Made by a program: the position numbers and the translations under genes. A stretch of 64,000 nucleotides of DNA from Octopus vulgaris (taxonomy: Eukaryota). Each line of letters starts with the position of its first letter. Position 1 is the stretch's first letter. Positions 24,952 to 37,588 of the stretch are shown in pieces. The notes below the pieces were generated by a model. The model had not been told where the DNA came from. It saw only the letters and a list, made by a program, of their open reading frames with translations, and ran no database searches. The stretch is from positions 31,000,001-31,064,000 of the forward strand of contig OX597836.1 in assembly GCA_951406725.2 (NCBI GenBank). Direction: 5' to 3'.

Positions 24952-25506
24952 GAGTGAGAGAGCAGTGCATGCCATCAAAGTGACACTGGGGTAAAATATA
25001 CGAAGCCCAGTATACCCATTATGACTACCCGTCTGATAAGGGTACACTAGGCACATGCATCACAACCTTATGTGTGCAACATGGTGATCTCATATCAAGA
25101 TAAACAGCACATGACCTTGCAGGTGGGGCCCAGGTAGAATTTTCTTCTGGTCGAGTAGCCCATCCCGCTCAAAAGGTCCCTTAATAAGGATTGTTTAAGG
25201 ATGTTAAACGAACCACCCATGTTTCCAGAGGTGAATTATTCAAACCCCAAAGAATCCCTCTCAACACATGGGTATGATGCTCCCCCACTACTTCTGCTTG
25301 TGATCAGGGATGCACATATCGTCATCCACTAAGGGACATGTTCAACTGGTTAAGGTCAAACAACTGACAAGCAAATCTGTGGTATTGAGCAGAATATTTG
25401 CTGTCGCCCATCTTTTATACCAAGACAAAACAATGTACATGATAACACTTCCAATCAGTTTAGATCAGAAGCCACGAGAGCCACTGTCTGGTACTGCATC
25501 AGGGCA
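24952..25506. mobile_element. 555-bp non-coding interspersed element bounded by (TTA)n
   Basis: Near-identical full copy at 47902-48456 and partial copy at 24670-24879. No ORF, TIR or tRNA boxes recognised. Confidence 0.85.
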
Positions 25507-25507
25507 G

Positions 25508-25594
<87 letters not shown>

Positions 25595-25992
25595 CCTATC
25601 AATATCATAATCTATCACACTGTTTTTTGTGTAAGATAAAATAAGCTGTTTCTCAGATATTAAAAATCTCTTAATTATTTCTGTCAGTAATAAAAATGAT
25701 GCCATAATGGTCATTGTTATAGACACTTTAGTTTCCCACCAGCTCTGTCTATTATTAAACTATATGCAACAATCAGTTTCTATATTCTATCAAGTCATTC
25801 TCAGAACGCAGATGTGTTTTTCTATACAACCAGATATGTCTTTCCTCTTCTTCTTCTTCAGTATCAATGTTTCTTGTTCTCATATTGCCCGTAGCTTGTA
25901 TGTGTGTGTGTGCATTTGTAGATATGTGTGTCTGTGTGCATATATATGTATGGGTCTACATATGTATGTGTGCGCATATGTGTGCAGATATA

Positions 25993-26541
25993 TACATGAT
26001 TTGATCATAAAGTATCAGGACTGTTGTTATTGTAAGAGAGCTGAAGTACACAGAGTGAAGCCACTTGGTATAGACTGGCGACTCTGTCTTGCATGTACAC
26101 TAAGTTACAATGCTCTTGCTCACTTCTGTTGTTTATAGCAGTGCTTGGAAGTGAAGTGTGTAGAGTGTAGTCGTCTCAAAAAGGAGACTGAGTTTCAGCT
26201 GCACAGGATCTTCTTGATAGTATCGAGGAAGAACAAAAACTTTTTGAAAATGGTCATAACAGATTACAAATCATGGGTGTTATGGCTATGATCCTGAAAC
26301 CAAGGCAAGAATCAAATCCCACTTAAAAGGAACAAGGTTTCAAGACATCAAAGAAATGGAAGAGAATGCAGTGAGGGAGCTGCTAACTATCCTGAAGAAA
26401 GGAACTTCTAGGAATGCTTACTGGATAAAGTGTGTGGCTTGAGAAGGGGACAACTTCGAAGGGGATTAGGTGTTGAATTGATATGAGTTGTAGTTTTCTT
26501 TATATAACACCAGGTCCGATACTATTTGATCAGACCTCATA
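25993..26541 (+). mobile_element. Internally deleted mariner transposon
   Basis: Imperfect ~28-bp TIRs (tacatgatttgatcataaagtatcagga / tccgatactatttgatcagacctcata) flanked by TA. Transposase remnants FLKMVITD.KSW.(fs)YGYDPETK and KCVA*EGDNFEGD*. Confidence 0.85.
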
Positions 26542-26854
26542 TATTTATATGTGTAGGCATTAAAAAGAAAGACCCCATTTGGTCTTGAATGACAATGATA
26601 TTGCACCTAGAAAGTTCCCCTCCAAGGCACAAGTCTGGGCAAGGTTGTTTATGGAAGACCAGCAGGTGTCCATGCATACCAGACTCCTTTCTCCATGCAG
26701 TGATGTTATCCAAGGGAAAGGCAAAGGCTGATACAGCTTGGCACCAGTGATGTTGTGACTCATTTTTACTGATGAGTGAACTGGAGCAACATAAAATAAA
26801 GTGTCTTGCTCAAGAACACAACCAAGAACATAACTCACTACCTCATGATTGTGA

Positions 26855-27130
26855 TCCACTAGTGGTGGTGTAACACACCATACTAATCATATCTGTCGGG
26901 CATGTGGAAGAGAGTGTAATTTGGCAGGAGGACTTAAACGACATGCAAAGGTACATGAAGCCCAGTTACAGCTACAGCCGGCTATTGCCAGTAAAGGTTT
27001 TAGTTGCCAATTCTGTAGAAGACATTGTAGATCTTTAGCTGGGCTAAAATGTCACATTCGTTCACAGCACCAGTAACAGTTAAGCTTCGTGCAATGGCCA
27101 TACTGGATAACGAGGGGGCAGCCATAATAA
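26855..27130 (+). mobile_element. RTE-like LINE 3' end encoding two C2H2 zinc fingers, plus short 3' UTR
   Basis: Open frame 26855-27076: HICRACGRECNLAGGLKRHAKVH...FSCQFCRRHCRSLAGLKCHIRSQHQ*. Followed by an RTE-style terminus (atggccatactggataacgagggggcagcc) and ataataat. Confidence 0.7.
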
Positions 27131-27574
27131 TTATGTATGTATGTATTACAAAATCCTAGGACAAATGGGGCTGGCTACAAAGTGACTACAAGTGACTGTA
27201 CCATTTTCTCTGATCAGGACACCAATCCATTACAGGGTTGCTCATTTACAATGAAATGGACTGGAGCAACATGAAATGAAGGGTTTTGCTCAAGAACATA
27301 ATGTCTTGCCTGGTCTGGGAATTGAAACTGTAATCTTGAGATCATGAGTATAACATCCCTCAGTCAAAGGATCTTGTCTTGTGAGTTACTTGGTGAGCAC
27401 ACTGGTGTTGGTGCCGCAGAAAAAAAAAAAGCATCCTGTGGTTGGCATTAGGAAAGATGTTCAGCTATGGAGACCATAGCAAAGTAGACACTGGAGCTTG
27501 TTTACAGTTCACTGTCTTCTTGGTTCCTGTGAAACCATCCAACTCATGTCAACATAGAAACTGGATGTTAAACA

Positions 27575-28660
27575 ATGATGATGACGATGATGATGATGAT
27601 GGTGGTGGTGGTGGTGGTGGTAGCGTCATCAGTGGTGGCGGCATTGTTGTTGTTGTTGTCGGTGTTTCTGGTGGTGGTAATGTTGTTGTTGTTGTTGGGA
27701 TCTGGTGGTGGTAATGTTGTTGTTGTAGTTGGTGGTGGTGGTGGTAAATGTTGTGACAGTGGTGGTAGCAAGTAATGATGATGATGATGACGATGACGAT
27801 GATGATGATGATGGTGGTGGTGAAGATGATGATGATGATGACGACGACGATGACTACGATGATAGTGGTGGTGGTAAATGTTGTGGCGGTGGTGGTAGCA
27901 GGGAATGATGATGATGATGATGATGATGATGTTGTTGTTGGTGGTGAAGATGATGATGATGATTATGACGACGACAACGACGAAGATAGTGGTGGTGGTC
28001 AATGTTGTGGTGGCAGCATTGGCAGTGTTGGCCATTCCAGTATTTCTAATCTATTAATTATCCTTCCAAGTTCTGACTGGAGTGGTCAATTTCCACGTCC
28101 ATTGCAACCGTCTCCCTTCTCACTCACCTCTATGGTCACCATTCCTCTGATTCCATTCTTCTCCATCAACAGCTCATTCACCATCTCTCATTCACTCACC
28201 CCCTCTCTCTCATTCACTTACTCTTTTTCCCTTCATTTACTCTCTCTCATTCACTCACCCTCTCTCATTCACTTATCCTTTTCTCTCATTTCCTCTCGTT
28301 CACTCACCCTCTCTCTCTCTCATTCACTTACCTTTTTCTCTCATTTACTCTCTCTCTCTTTCATTCACTCATCCTCTCTCTCTCTCTCTCTCTCGCTCTC
28401 ATTCACTTACCCTTTTTCTCTCATTTTCTCTTTCATTCACTTACCCTTTTTCTCTCATTTACTCTCTCTCTCTCTCTCTCTCTCATTCACTTATCCTTTT
28501 TCTCTCATTTACTCTCTCTCTCATTCACTCATCCTCTCTCTTGCTCTTCACTTACCCTTTTTCTCTCATTTACTCTCTCTCATTCACTCACCCTCTCTCT
28601 CTCTCTCATTCACTTACCCTTTTTCTCTCAGTTACTCTCTCCCTCCCCCTCTCTCTCTAT
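27575..28660. repeat. (GAT)/(GGT)/(GTT) trinucleotide field followed by a CT-rich minisatellite (ctctctcattcacttaccctttt)
   Basis: Directly visible. Confidence 0.92.
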
Positions 28661-30345
28661 CATCAACCACCTAACTCATCATCATTGTTCTCTCATCTCA
28701 CTCTACTTGTCCTTATTTTTTTTTTTTTTTCTCTAATGGACATATTTGTTTGTACACTCTTTGTTTCATTCCTTAAGTATTTCTTTCTGTTGACCAGATA
28801 TATTTATTCTGAAAGGAGTATAGGAATTCTTTGTATGTGTGTGTGTGAAGCAGCAGATATTATTGTTAATTCTAATCTCTTTGTATATTTGAACAGATCA
28901 CCTCTTGATGCAAACATTTAGCAAGTTCCTTTGTTACTTCTTTATCATAAAACAATTGCCACACAATTGTAATGTGTTGGCAGATGGTGTAGAGTGTTGC
29001 TGGTTATTGTTATGTGCTTTGCACAATTTGATTTTGAGTCTCTGTATTCCAGGTTCAAATCCTGTTGGATTGAACTTTAACTTTAAATCTCCTTGACTTT
29101 TCTTTGTATTTTCCATTAAATCTTCTACGACTTTGCCTCAAAATCCCTTGTTCTTTGTCGTTAAATTCTTCTGTTTTTGATTCTAAGTTTTCCTGACTTT
29201 GCTTTTAAATTTTCTGTTTCTGTCCTTAAATTCTCCTGTATGTACCTTTAAATCTCCATGTATTTGCCTTTAATTGTCTTTATCTTTAGATTCCCCTATC
29301 TTTGCCTTCAAATTTTGCCCTATCATCACTTTAAATTCCTTGTCTTTGCTTCAACCTAAAGCATTTAAACCAGCCATATCTATCCCAAATGTTCTACTTG
29401 TTTTATGTTCAAACAGTTTTCCCTGACTAAATCTGGCCTCTTACACCTATCATACAATGTCATTATAAAAATAAACAATCACATCATTGAAATCGTTAAG
29501 CTATAAGCTAATGCAAGATTAATTTAAAACAATATGAAAAGTAAGCATTACATTTGAAGAAATATGAGTGCTAAAGGGCCTTTGCTTTTAAATTTCTTCC
29601 ATTTTTACTTTTAAAATCTCCTGTCCTTGTTTTTGCATCCCACTGTCTTTAATTTCAAATCTTGTTGTTTTTAAATCCCATTTTCTTTGTAAATCTGCCT
29701 GTCTTTTCCTTAAAATAACCACTATCCTAACATTTCAGTAACAAAGTTGCTTTGTCTGTTTTATTTTTTTAGTTGTAAAAATACAATTTGCTACTAACTG
29801 GAAATGTGTTGACTTGGAGCTTTGAAACTATGTTTTTCTCTTTTAGTTTGTTTTCTCTTTCCAATTTGCTTGTATCATATGTAATAAATAAGTGTTTGCA
29901 TTTCAATACATCTAACCTTCAAGTTAAGCATCCAGTGTAATGAATAAAACCTCTATAAGCATTTCATCATCATCATCATCGTTTAACGTCCGTTCTCCAT
30001 GCTAGCATGGGTTGGATGGTTCGACCGGGGATCTGGGAAGCCAGAAGGCTGCACCAGGCTCCAGTCTTATCTGGCAATGTTTCTACAGCTGGATGCCCTT
30101 CCTAACGCCAACCACTCTGTGAGTGTAGTGGGTGCTTTTTACGTGCCACCTGCACAGGTGCCAGGCGAGGCTGGCAATGGCCATGGTCAGATTGGTGTAT
30201 TTTACGTGCCACCGGCACGGAAGCCAGTCGAGGCGGCGCTGGCATCGGCCACGAGTCGGATAATGCTTTTTACGTACCACCAGACCAGGGGTCCTGGCTG
30301 GTTCAATTCGATTTCGATTTCATCTTAATAATAATAATAATATTA

Positions 30346-30675
30346 TCATGGAAGTTTTGAAGGATGCAGTGCTCTGACAACTAACAACTGATGCTGGCAG
30401 TTTGTTCCATACTTCAACAACTCTTAGCATGAAAAAATGTTTCCAAAAGTCATGGGAGCTGTGCTGTTTTCTGACTTTGTAAACATATCCATGGGTGTTA
30501 GACAGATGGAATTTGAAAAGGTGCTCAGAGTTATTGTTTGTAAGATAGTTAATAATTTTATGGGTGTCTGCCAAGTCAGCTGCCAGACGTCGAAGTTTCA
30601 ATGTATCCATGCCCAGGGAAGTAAGGCGTTCAGAATATGGCAAATGCCTGATGGAGGGTATTCTCTTGGTTGCAC
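30346..30675 (-). mobile_element. CR1-clade LINE ORF2 3' fragment
   Basis: ATKRIPSIRHLPYSERLTSLGMDTLKLRRLAADL...FFMLRVVEVWNKLP. Confidence 0.9.
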
Positions 30676-31951
30676 CCTTTCGTTACCAACCCAGCTGAAA
30701 CTGGCTCTGGCTCTGAGTACAAATGTCTTGTTTTCATAAGTTTTGAATTAGAATCTTCCACCAAACCTTAGTCACAATTTATGTTCCTAACACTAGCTTA
30801 ACAATAACTAAGTTATTTTACTAAATTCTTTGTTATATTAATTATAGTAATTGAAAGAAATACAGAGCATCTCAAAATAAATACAGTAATGAAAGAGTTA
30901 ACTCTTAACTATGAAATTAAATTCCATGGTTATTCCAGTAATGATGTTAAATACTCACCAAAAGTTAGAATTGGTATTTCCTCTAAGTCACATTCCTCAA
31001 TAGACATGACATCACAACAAAAAATAGTTTCAAATATGACATTCCTCAGAAAAAGATAGAATGATATATAAAACTGATTTCTGCAGTTAAGGATAATTAA
31101 ATTTTGGGTGGAGATATCTGCTATTGACAGTAAAAGGGTTAAAATAAAAATAGGAGACATTGGATAGTATGGTCCTGAATTCAGTGTGTCTGGAAAGAAG
31201 TAGTACAGTCATGACTGGAATGTCTTTGATCACAAGTTTGATAAAGTCCCTTAACCTGTTCACTGTGAAATAAAATTTCCTGGATATTCCAGTGATGATG
31301 TTAAATATCAACAAAAAATACAATTGGTATTTTCTGCAGGTCATATTACCTCAATAAATTTGACATAGAGTTGCGTAACCACATGCTTTCTGGGTTCAGT
31401 CCCACTATGTGGCACCTAGGGCAAGTGTCTTCTGCAATAGCCTCAGGCCAACCAAAGCCTTGTGAGAGGATTTGGTAGATGGAAACTAGAAGAAGCCCGT
31501 CATGTGTGTGTATGTGTGTGTGTGTGTATGTGTGTGTGTGTGTGTTTGTGTGTGTGTTTGGCTCCCACCATCATTTGACAATTGGTGTTGGTGTGTTTAC
31601 GTCCCTGTAACTTAACAGTTCAGCAAAAGAGACCAATAGAATAAGTACCAGTCTTAGCAAAAGATTAAATACTGGGATCGATTCATTTGACTAAAAATTC
31701 TTCAAGGTGGTGCCCCAGCACGGCCACAGTCTGAAACAATGACTGAAACAAGTAAAAAGAAAAAAAAGAACAAAAAAAAAAGGAAAAAAACAAACAAAAA
31801 AGAGATACATCAACCAAAAAATAGTTTCAAGCATGACATTCCTCACCAAAAGATAGACTGGTATATAAAACAACTTTCCAAAGTAAAGGTTAATGAAATT
31901 TTGAATGGATATAGCTAATGGCTGCAGCAAATGGGTTAATAATATTCTGTT

Positions 31952-32512
31952 TTAACCCTTTCATTACTGTATTTATTTTGAGATGCTCTGTTTTTCTCTC
32001 AATTATTTTAAATATAAGAAAAAATTTAGTAAAATAATTTAGTTATCATTAATCTAGTGTTAGGAACCTTAATCGTGACTAAGGTTTGGTGGAAGATTTT
32101 AATTCAAAACTTATGAAAACAAGACATTTGTACTACAGAGCCAGAGCCAGTTTCAGCCGGGTTGGTATCAAAAGGGTTAAATATGACAAAGAATTTAGTA
32201 AAATAACTTAGTTATGAATCTAGTGTTAGGAACCTTAATTGTGACTAAGGTTTGGTGGAAGATTTTAATTCAAAACTTATGAAAACATGACATTGTACTA
32301 CAGAGCCAGAGCAGGTTTCAGCCGGGTTGGTATCAAAAGGGTTAAATATGACAAAGAATTTAGTAAAATAACTTAGTTATCATGAATCTAGTGTTAGGAA
32401 CCTTAATTGTGACTAAGGTTTGGTGGAAGATTTTAATTCAAAACTTATGAAAACATGAGATTGTACTACAGAGCCAGAGCCGGTTTCAGACAATTAGTAA
32501 CGTAAGGGTTAA
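31952..32512. mobile_element. piggyBac-type MITE with ~160-bp tandem triplication of one end
   Basis: TTAA-CCCTT...AAGGG-TTAA termini and three repeats of gaatttagtaaaataacttag...aagggttaa. An inverted single copy lies at ~30675-30902. Confidence 0.8.
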
Positions 32513-32887
32513 TGTAAATGTATTTGAATTTCCCTCTTTCAATCTGTCAATTTTCTTGCATTGAAGGTTACTCATAAGGGGCATATGGTTTTTTTCAGAT
32601 AATCATAATATAAATATTCAATATATTTATTGATTTTTGTTTTATATCTTCTAGGATTTCATTCATGTGATATTTTGTGTGTGTGTGTTATTGCTTATTT
32701 AGAGTTCTTAATTTTGCCTTTTATAAATATGCTGCAAGTTGTTGATTTAACATATTCTAACCTCCAGTTAGATGTGTGAATGTTTAGAAATAGCTCACAT
32801 GCACTGGAAGGTCAGTAGCTTCAGTAAAAGTGTTTGTGTCTGTGTGTGTACGTACATATGTATGCATGTGTATGCATACATGTGTAT

Positions 32888-33049
32888 GCAGGAGTGGCTG
32901 TGTGGTAAGTAGCTTGCTAACCAACCACATGGTTCCGGGTTCAGTCCCACTGTGTGGCATCTTGGGCAAGTGTCTTCTGCTATAGCCCCGGGCCGACCAA
33001 TGCCTTGTGAGTGGATTTGGTAGATGGAAACTGAAAGAAGCCTGTCGTA

Positions 33050-33100
<51 letters not shown>

Positions 33101-33312
33101 TTGTGTGTCTGTGTTTGTCCCCCTAGCATTGCTTGATAACCGATGCTGGTGTGTTTACGTCCCCGTCACTTAGCGGTTTGGCAAAAGAGACCGACAGAAT
33201 AAGTACTGGGCTTACAAAGAATAAGTCTCGGAGTCGATTTGCTCGGCTAAAAGTGGTGCTCCAGCATGGCCGCAGTCAAATGACTGAGACAAGTAAAAGA
33301 GAGAGTAAAAGA
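32888..33312 (+). mobile_element. SINE family A, full length
   Basis: tRNA-like head (ggagtggctgtgtggtaag...ggttcagtccc), internal (TA)n(TG)n, and tail ending gtaaaaga repeats. Confidence 0.9.
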
Positions 33313-33616
33313 GTATATTTCTTTAGGAAGTCCTTGTATTCGTCCTTCTTTCCCAGGATATGACTACCCTCTAAAATGCTCTCCCAGGCTATGTTTTTTT
33401 TTTTACCTGCTCCTCAAGAGCAACATCAACTAATGTCAGGAAACTCATGACAGGTGTGGACACAATCCCTGTCTCTTTCTCCAGAGCAAACCGTTATAAA
33501 AAATACTGAGCAGGAGGATTTAGACAGGTAGTTAAAGGGATTTAAAGTGATTTAAAAGACAGAAAGATTTAAAGATAATGTCAAAGAGATTTTGAGACAA
33601 AAACAGTGAGGTTTAA

Positions 33617-33835
33617 CCCTTTAGTATTTAAACCGGCCATATCCGGCCAAAATAGTTAATCTGTTTTATGTTCAAACTGACCAGATCCAGGCTCTCACAC
33701 CTACCCTACAATGTTATTCTACATTAAGTAATTACACCATCAAGATCTTGAAGATATGAGATAATGCATGATTAATTCAAATCAATGGGAATCAATAAGC
33801 ATTATGTTTGATTGAATAATCTGAACACTAAAGGG
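33617..33835. mobile_element. piggyBac-type MITE (second family)
   Basis: TTAA|CCCTTTAG...CTAAAGGG|TTAA. Related copies at ~29354-29580, 39765-39980, 41131-41265, 43660-44313 and 45590-45738. Confidence 0.85.
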
Positions 33836-33914
33836 TTAAAGAAATTTAAAGGCAAAAAAAAGTAGCAATTAATCTTTTAGCATTCCGACTACTCTCAAAT
33901 GGAATGCTTATTTA

Positions 33915-34335
33915 CTCTTTTATTCATTTACTTGTTTCAGTCATGTGACTATGGCTATGCTGGGGCACCGCCTTTAGTCGAGCAAATCGACCCCAGGACT
34001 TATTCTTTGTAAGCCTAGTACTTATTCTATCAGTCTCTTTTGCTGAACTGCTAAGGTTACGGGGACGTAAACACGCCAGCATAGGTTGTCAAGCGATGGT
34101 GGTGGTGGTGGGGGGGCAAACACAGACACACAGACATATACACACATGCACATACATGTATACATTTATACGACTGTCTTCTTTCAATTTCCGTCTAACA
34201 AATCCACTCACAAGACTTTGGTTGGCCCGAGGCTATAGTAGAAGACACTTACCCAAGGTGCCACGCAGTGGGACTGAACCTGGAACCCTGTGGTTGGTAA
34301 GCAAGCTACTTACCACACAACCACTCCTACACCTA
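33915..34335 (-). mobile_element. SINE family A, full length
   Basis: Reverse complement of 34561-34976. Confidence 0.9.
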
Positions 34336-34560
34336 TATATTTGAAAAGTTTTCTCTTACTTTTTTTTTATTACAAAGCTTTTGATTAGATCCTCAAAATT
34401 AGTCTTAGGCAACACATCTGCTTCTATACTTAGTAGAGATAAGACATCCAGCTTGCCTTGTGACATGGTTGTGCTGACGGGATTTTTAATATACTTCAAC
34501 TGAGAAAATGAATGCTCAGCTGAGCAATTTGTGACTATTAATATTAAATATATATATTAT

Positions 34561-34721
34561 AGGCGTAGGAGTGGCTGTGTGGTAAGTAGCTTGTTTACCA
34601 ACCACATGGTTCCGGGTTCAGTCCCACTGCGTGGCACCTTGGGCAAGTGTCTTCTACTATAGCCTCGGGCCGACCAAAGCCTTGTGCATGGATTTGGTAG
34701 ACGGAAACTGAAAGAAGCCCG

Positions 34722-34766
<45 letters not shown>

Positions 34767-34976
34767 TGTGTGTCTGTGTTTGTCCCCCTAGCATTGCTTG
34801 ACAACCGATGCTGGTGTGTTTATGTCCCCGTTACCTTAGCAGTTCGGCAAAAGAGACCGATAGAATAAGTACTGGGCTTACAAAAGAATAAGTCCCGGGG
34901 TTGAGTTGCTCGATTAAATGCGGTGCTCCAGCATGGCCGCAGTCAAATGACTGAAACAAGTAAAAGAGTAAAAGAG
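34561..34976 (+). mobile_element. SINE family A, full length (reference copy); another at ~44950-45355 (-)
   Basis: aggcgtaggagtggctgtgtggtaag head, internal (TA)n, gaaacaagtaaaagagtaaaaga tail. Confidence 0.9.
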
Positions 34977-35564
34977 ATATACAAAGGCAATGTCTACATT
35001 TGGAAAGGTACACTCAATAATGTTTATTCTAGCAATTCTGAAGTGATTTCTTTTGTACTGTACACCATTTACCATTTCTTTGGTATCCCGCCTTCTCTTG
35101 ATGCCCTTAGCATGAACTTATTTTGCTTAATGGTTAATGCAATACTTTAATAGTGTAAGGCAGAAAATCATCATTTTCATTTAACGTCCGCTTTCCATGC
35201 TAGCATGGGTTGGACGATTTGACTGAGGTCTGGCGAACCAGACTCCAATCTGATCTGGCAGAGTTTCTATGGCTGGATGCCTTTCTTAATGCCAACCACT
35301 CCGAGAGTGTAGTGGGTGCTTTTACGTGCCACCGGCATGAGGGCCAGTTTGGTGGTACTGGCAACGGCCACGCTCAAATGGTGCTTTTTACGTGCCACCT
35401 GCACAGGAGCCAGTCCAGCGGCACTAGCGACGACCTCGCATGTATGCAAAGAGAAAGATAATATAGAAAATATGGCTAGTTTAAATGCTAAATGGTTAAA
35501 GACGGAAGAATACATTGGCCAACATAGTCATTGATATACGAGAAAAGACAGGATTATTATGGAA

Positions 35565-35947
35565 CTAGCAGTATCGCCCGGCGTTGCTCGGGTTTGTAAG
35601 GGAAATAACTATAAAGCATTTTTAGAGAGTTATAGCCAAAAAATAGCAAAAAATGGAAAAAAAATTATGGTAAATTTTTTTTGAGAGTTAAAAAGGTCGA
35701 GTTGCGTCCCCTTGACAATCTGTGGTTTGTGTTTCTGAATCTCGACCCCATGTCGAATTTATCGATTTTTTTCAGAACTGGGGGAACTTTTCAAAATTTT
35801 CGCTGCGTTAGTTTTGAATTATGACATTGGGCTATGGGTGTGTCAAGTTTCATCAGAATCGGTTGAAAGCTGTGGTCAGGGTGAGGGTACAACCTAACAG
35901 ACACACAGACACGCAGACAGACAAACTGCCGTTTATATAGAGAGAGA
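35565..35947 (-). mobile_element. Non-autonomous Helitron
   Basis: On - strand it starts 5'-TC and ends with hairpin cccgagcaacgccggg followed by CTAG. Inserted between A and T without a TSD. Confidence 0.8.
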
Positions 35948-36905
35948 TACTTTTAATCAAGAGGATAACAACAAAAAAATCCTTTGTTAGAATTAGTGGC
36001 CAACTCTCACTGAAATTGCAGTGTGCTATCTTGAAAAGAAGAATACATTGGGTGATAATGTAGTCTAAATAAATAACACTTTGCAAAAAATAAAAATAAA
36101 AGATAGGAATGACTTTTATCATAGGTTAACTTGATCAAGTCTGACCTGAGATTTAACAGCAACATCAAAATAGAATGTCTAGCTCTTGTCTAATAAAAAA
36201 AAAATTGGATGATTAAGTTTCTTAAAACCAATGCCAAAATATCTGATATGATGATGATGATGATGATGACATTAACAGTGGTGGTGTGGTGGTAGTGATG
36301 GTTTTGGTGGTGGCAGTCGCGACAACATAAATCCTTCTTAAAGTGAAAAAGAAAAGATGATGAATTTATTATAGTATGTATTTACTTTGATGGTATCAAT
36401 TTTTCTATTTCCCATGAGGCCAGAAGTCTTGGTGTTGTATTCAATATACGTACACAACCTTTAACCAAAATATCATTGATAAACTGATCAATCATTCATG
36501 ATTTACAAAATAAAAGACCATTGGAAAGAATTTGCTGCACTTTTAAGGAAAGCTTTTTCATACACTTAAGAAGCCAAAATTCTTATCAATTTTGTCATCG
36601 CTTCAAAATGGTGAATCTAGTTATTAACCCTCACTTTTCAATGCTTTTAGGAAAATGTGTTCAAAGAGAAAAGAAAATCCTCCAAAATAATTCATTTAGC
36701 TAATAGGTGCAGGTGTGGTTGTATAGTAAGAAGCTTGCTTCCCAACCACATGGTTCTAGGTTCAGTCTGTCAGTGTGGTACCTTGGACATATGTCTTTTA
36801 CTACAAGACTTTCACAATTCACTACAATCCACTCACAAGGCTTTGGTTGGCCTGAGGCATGTAGTAAAAGACTATTTGTAGTAAAATAGTAAAATTTGTA
36901 ATAAA

Positions 36906-36946
<41 letters not shown>

Positions 36947-37588
36947 CCAGATCAGACTGGGCCTGGTGCAGCCTTCTGGCTTCCCAGACCCCAGTTGAAC
37001 TGTCCAACCCATGCTAGCATGGAAAGCGGACTCTAAATGATGATGATGATGATGAATAAAAGTGGCTAGATGCAATATAAAACTAAAAAGGAAGACTTCA
37101 GTTGTCATTAATAGTGACTGAGGGTTCATTGTATCACCTACATTGCTAGAAATAATAGTCAAAGACCTTGTAGCCACAAACAGCACAAGTCTAATACGGA
37201 AGTTAACTGCTTATTGCAAGTGAGGGTATTAAATTGGCATGTCAATTTTGCTTGAAATTAAAGCTCATCAGTAGTACTATCCCATCTCTTGTAGTTAAGT
37301 GTGTGTATGTGTGTTTGTCCTCCACTGCCACTTGATGATTGGTGTTGGTGTGTCCCTGTAAGTTAGTAGCTTGGCAAAAAGGACCAATAAAATAAGTACT
37401 AGGCTTTAAAAGAACAAGAACTGAGACTGATTTGCTAAAATTCTTCAAGGTACTGCCCCAGCATGGCCAGAGTCTAATGACTGAAATAAGTAAAAGATAA
37501 AAGATGTTTAGGCTGGGATTCCTTTTAGGAAGAGCAGCTTTTTCCAGTTCTGAGTGTGTATGCTTGGATAAGTTCATATTCTGTAGAG

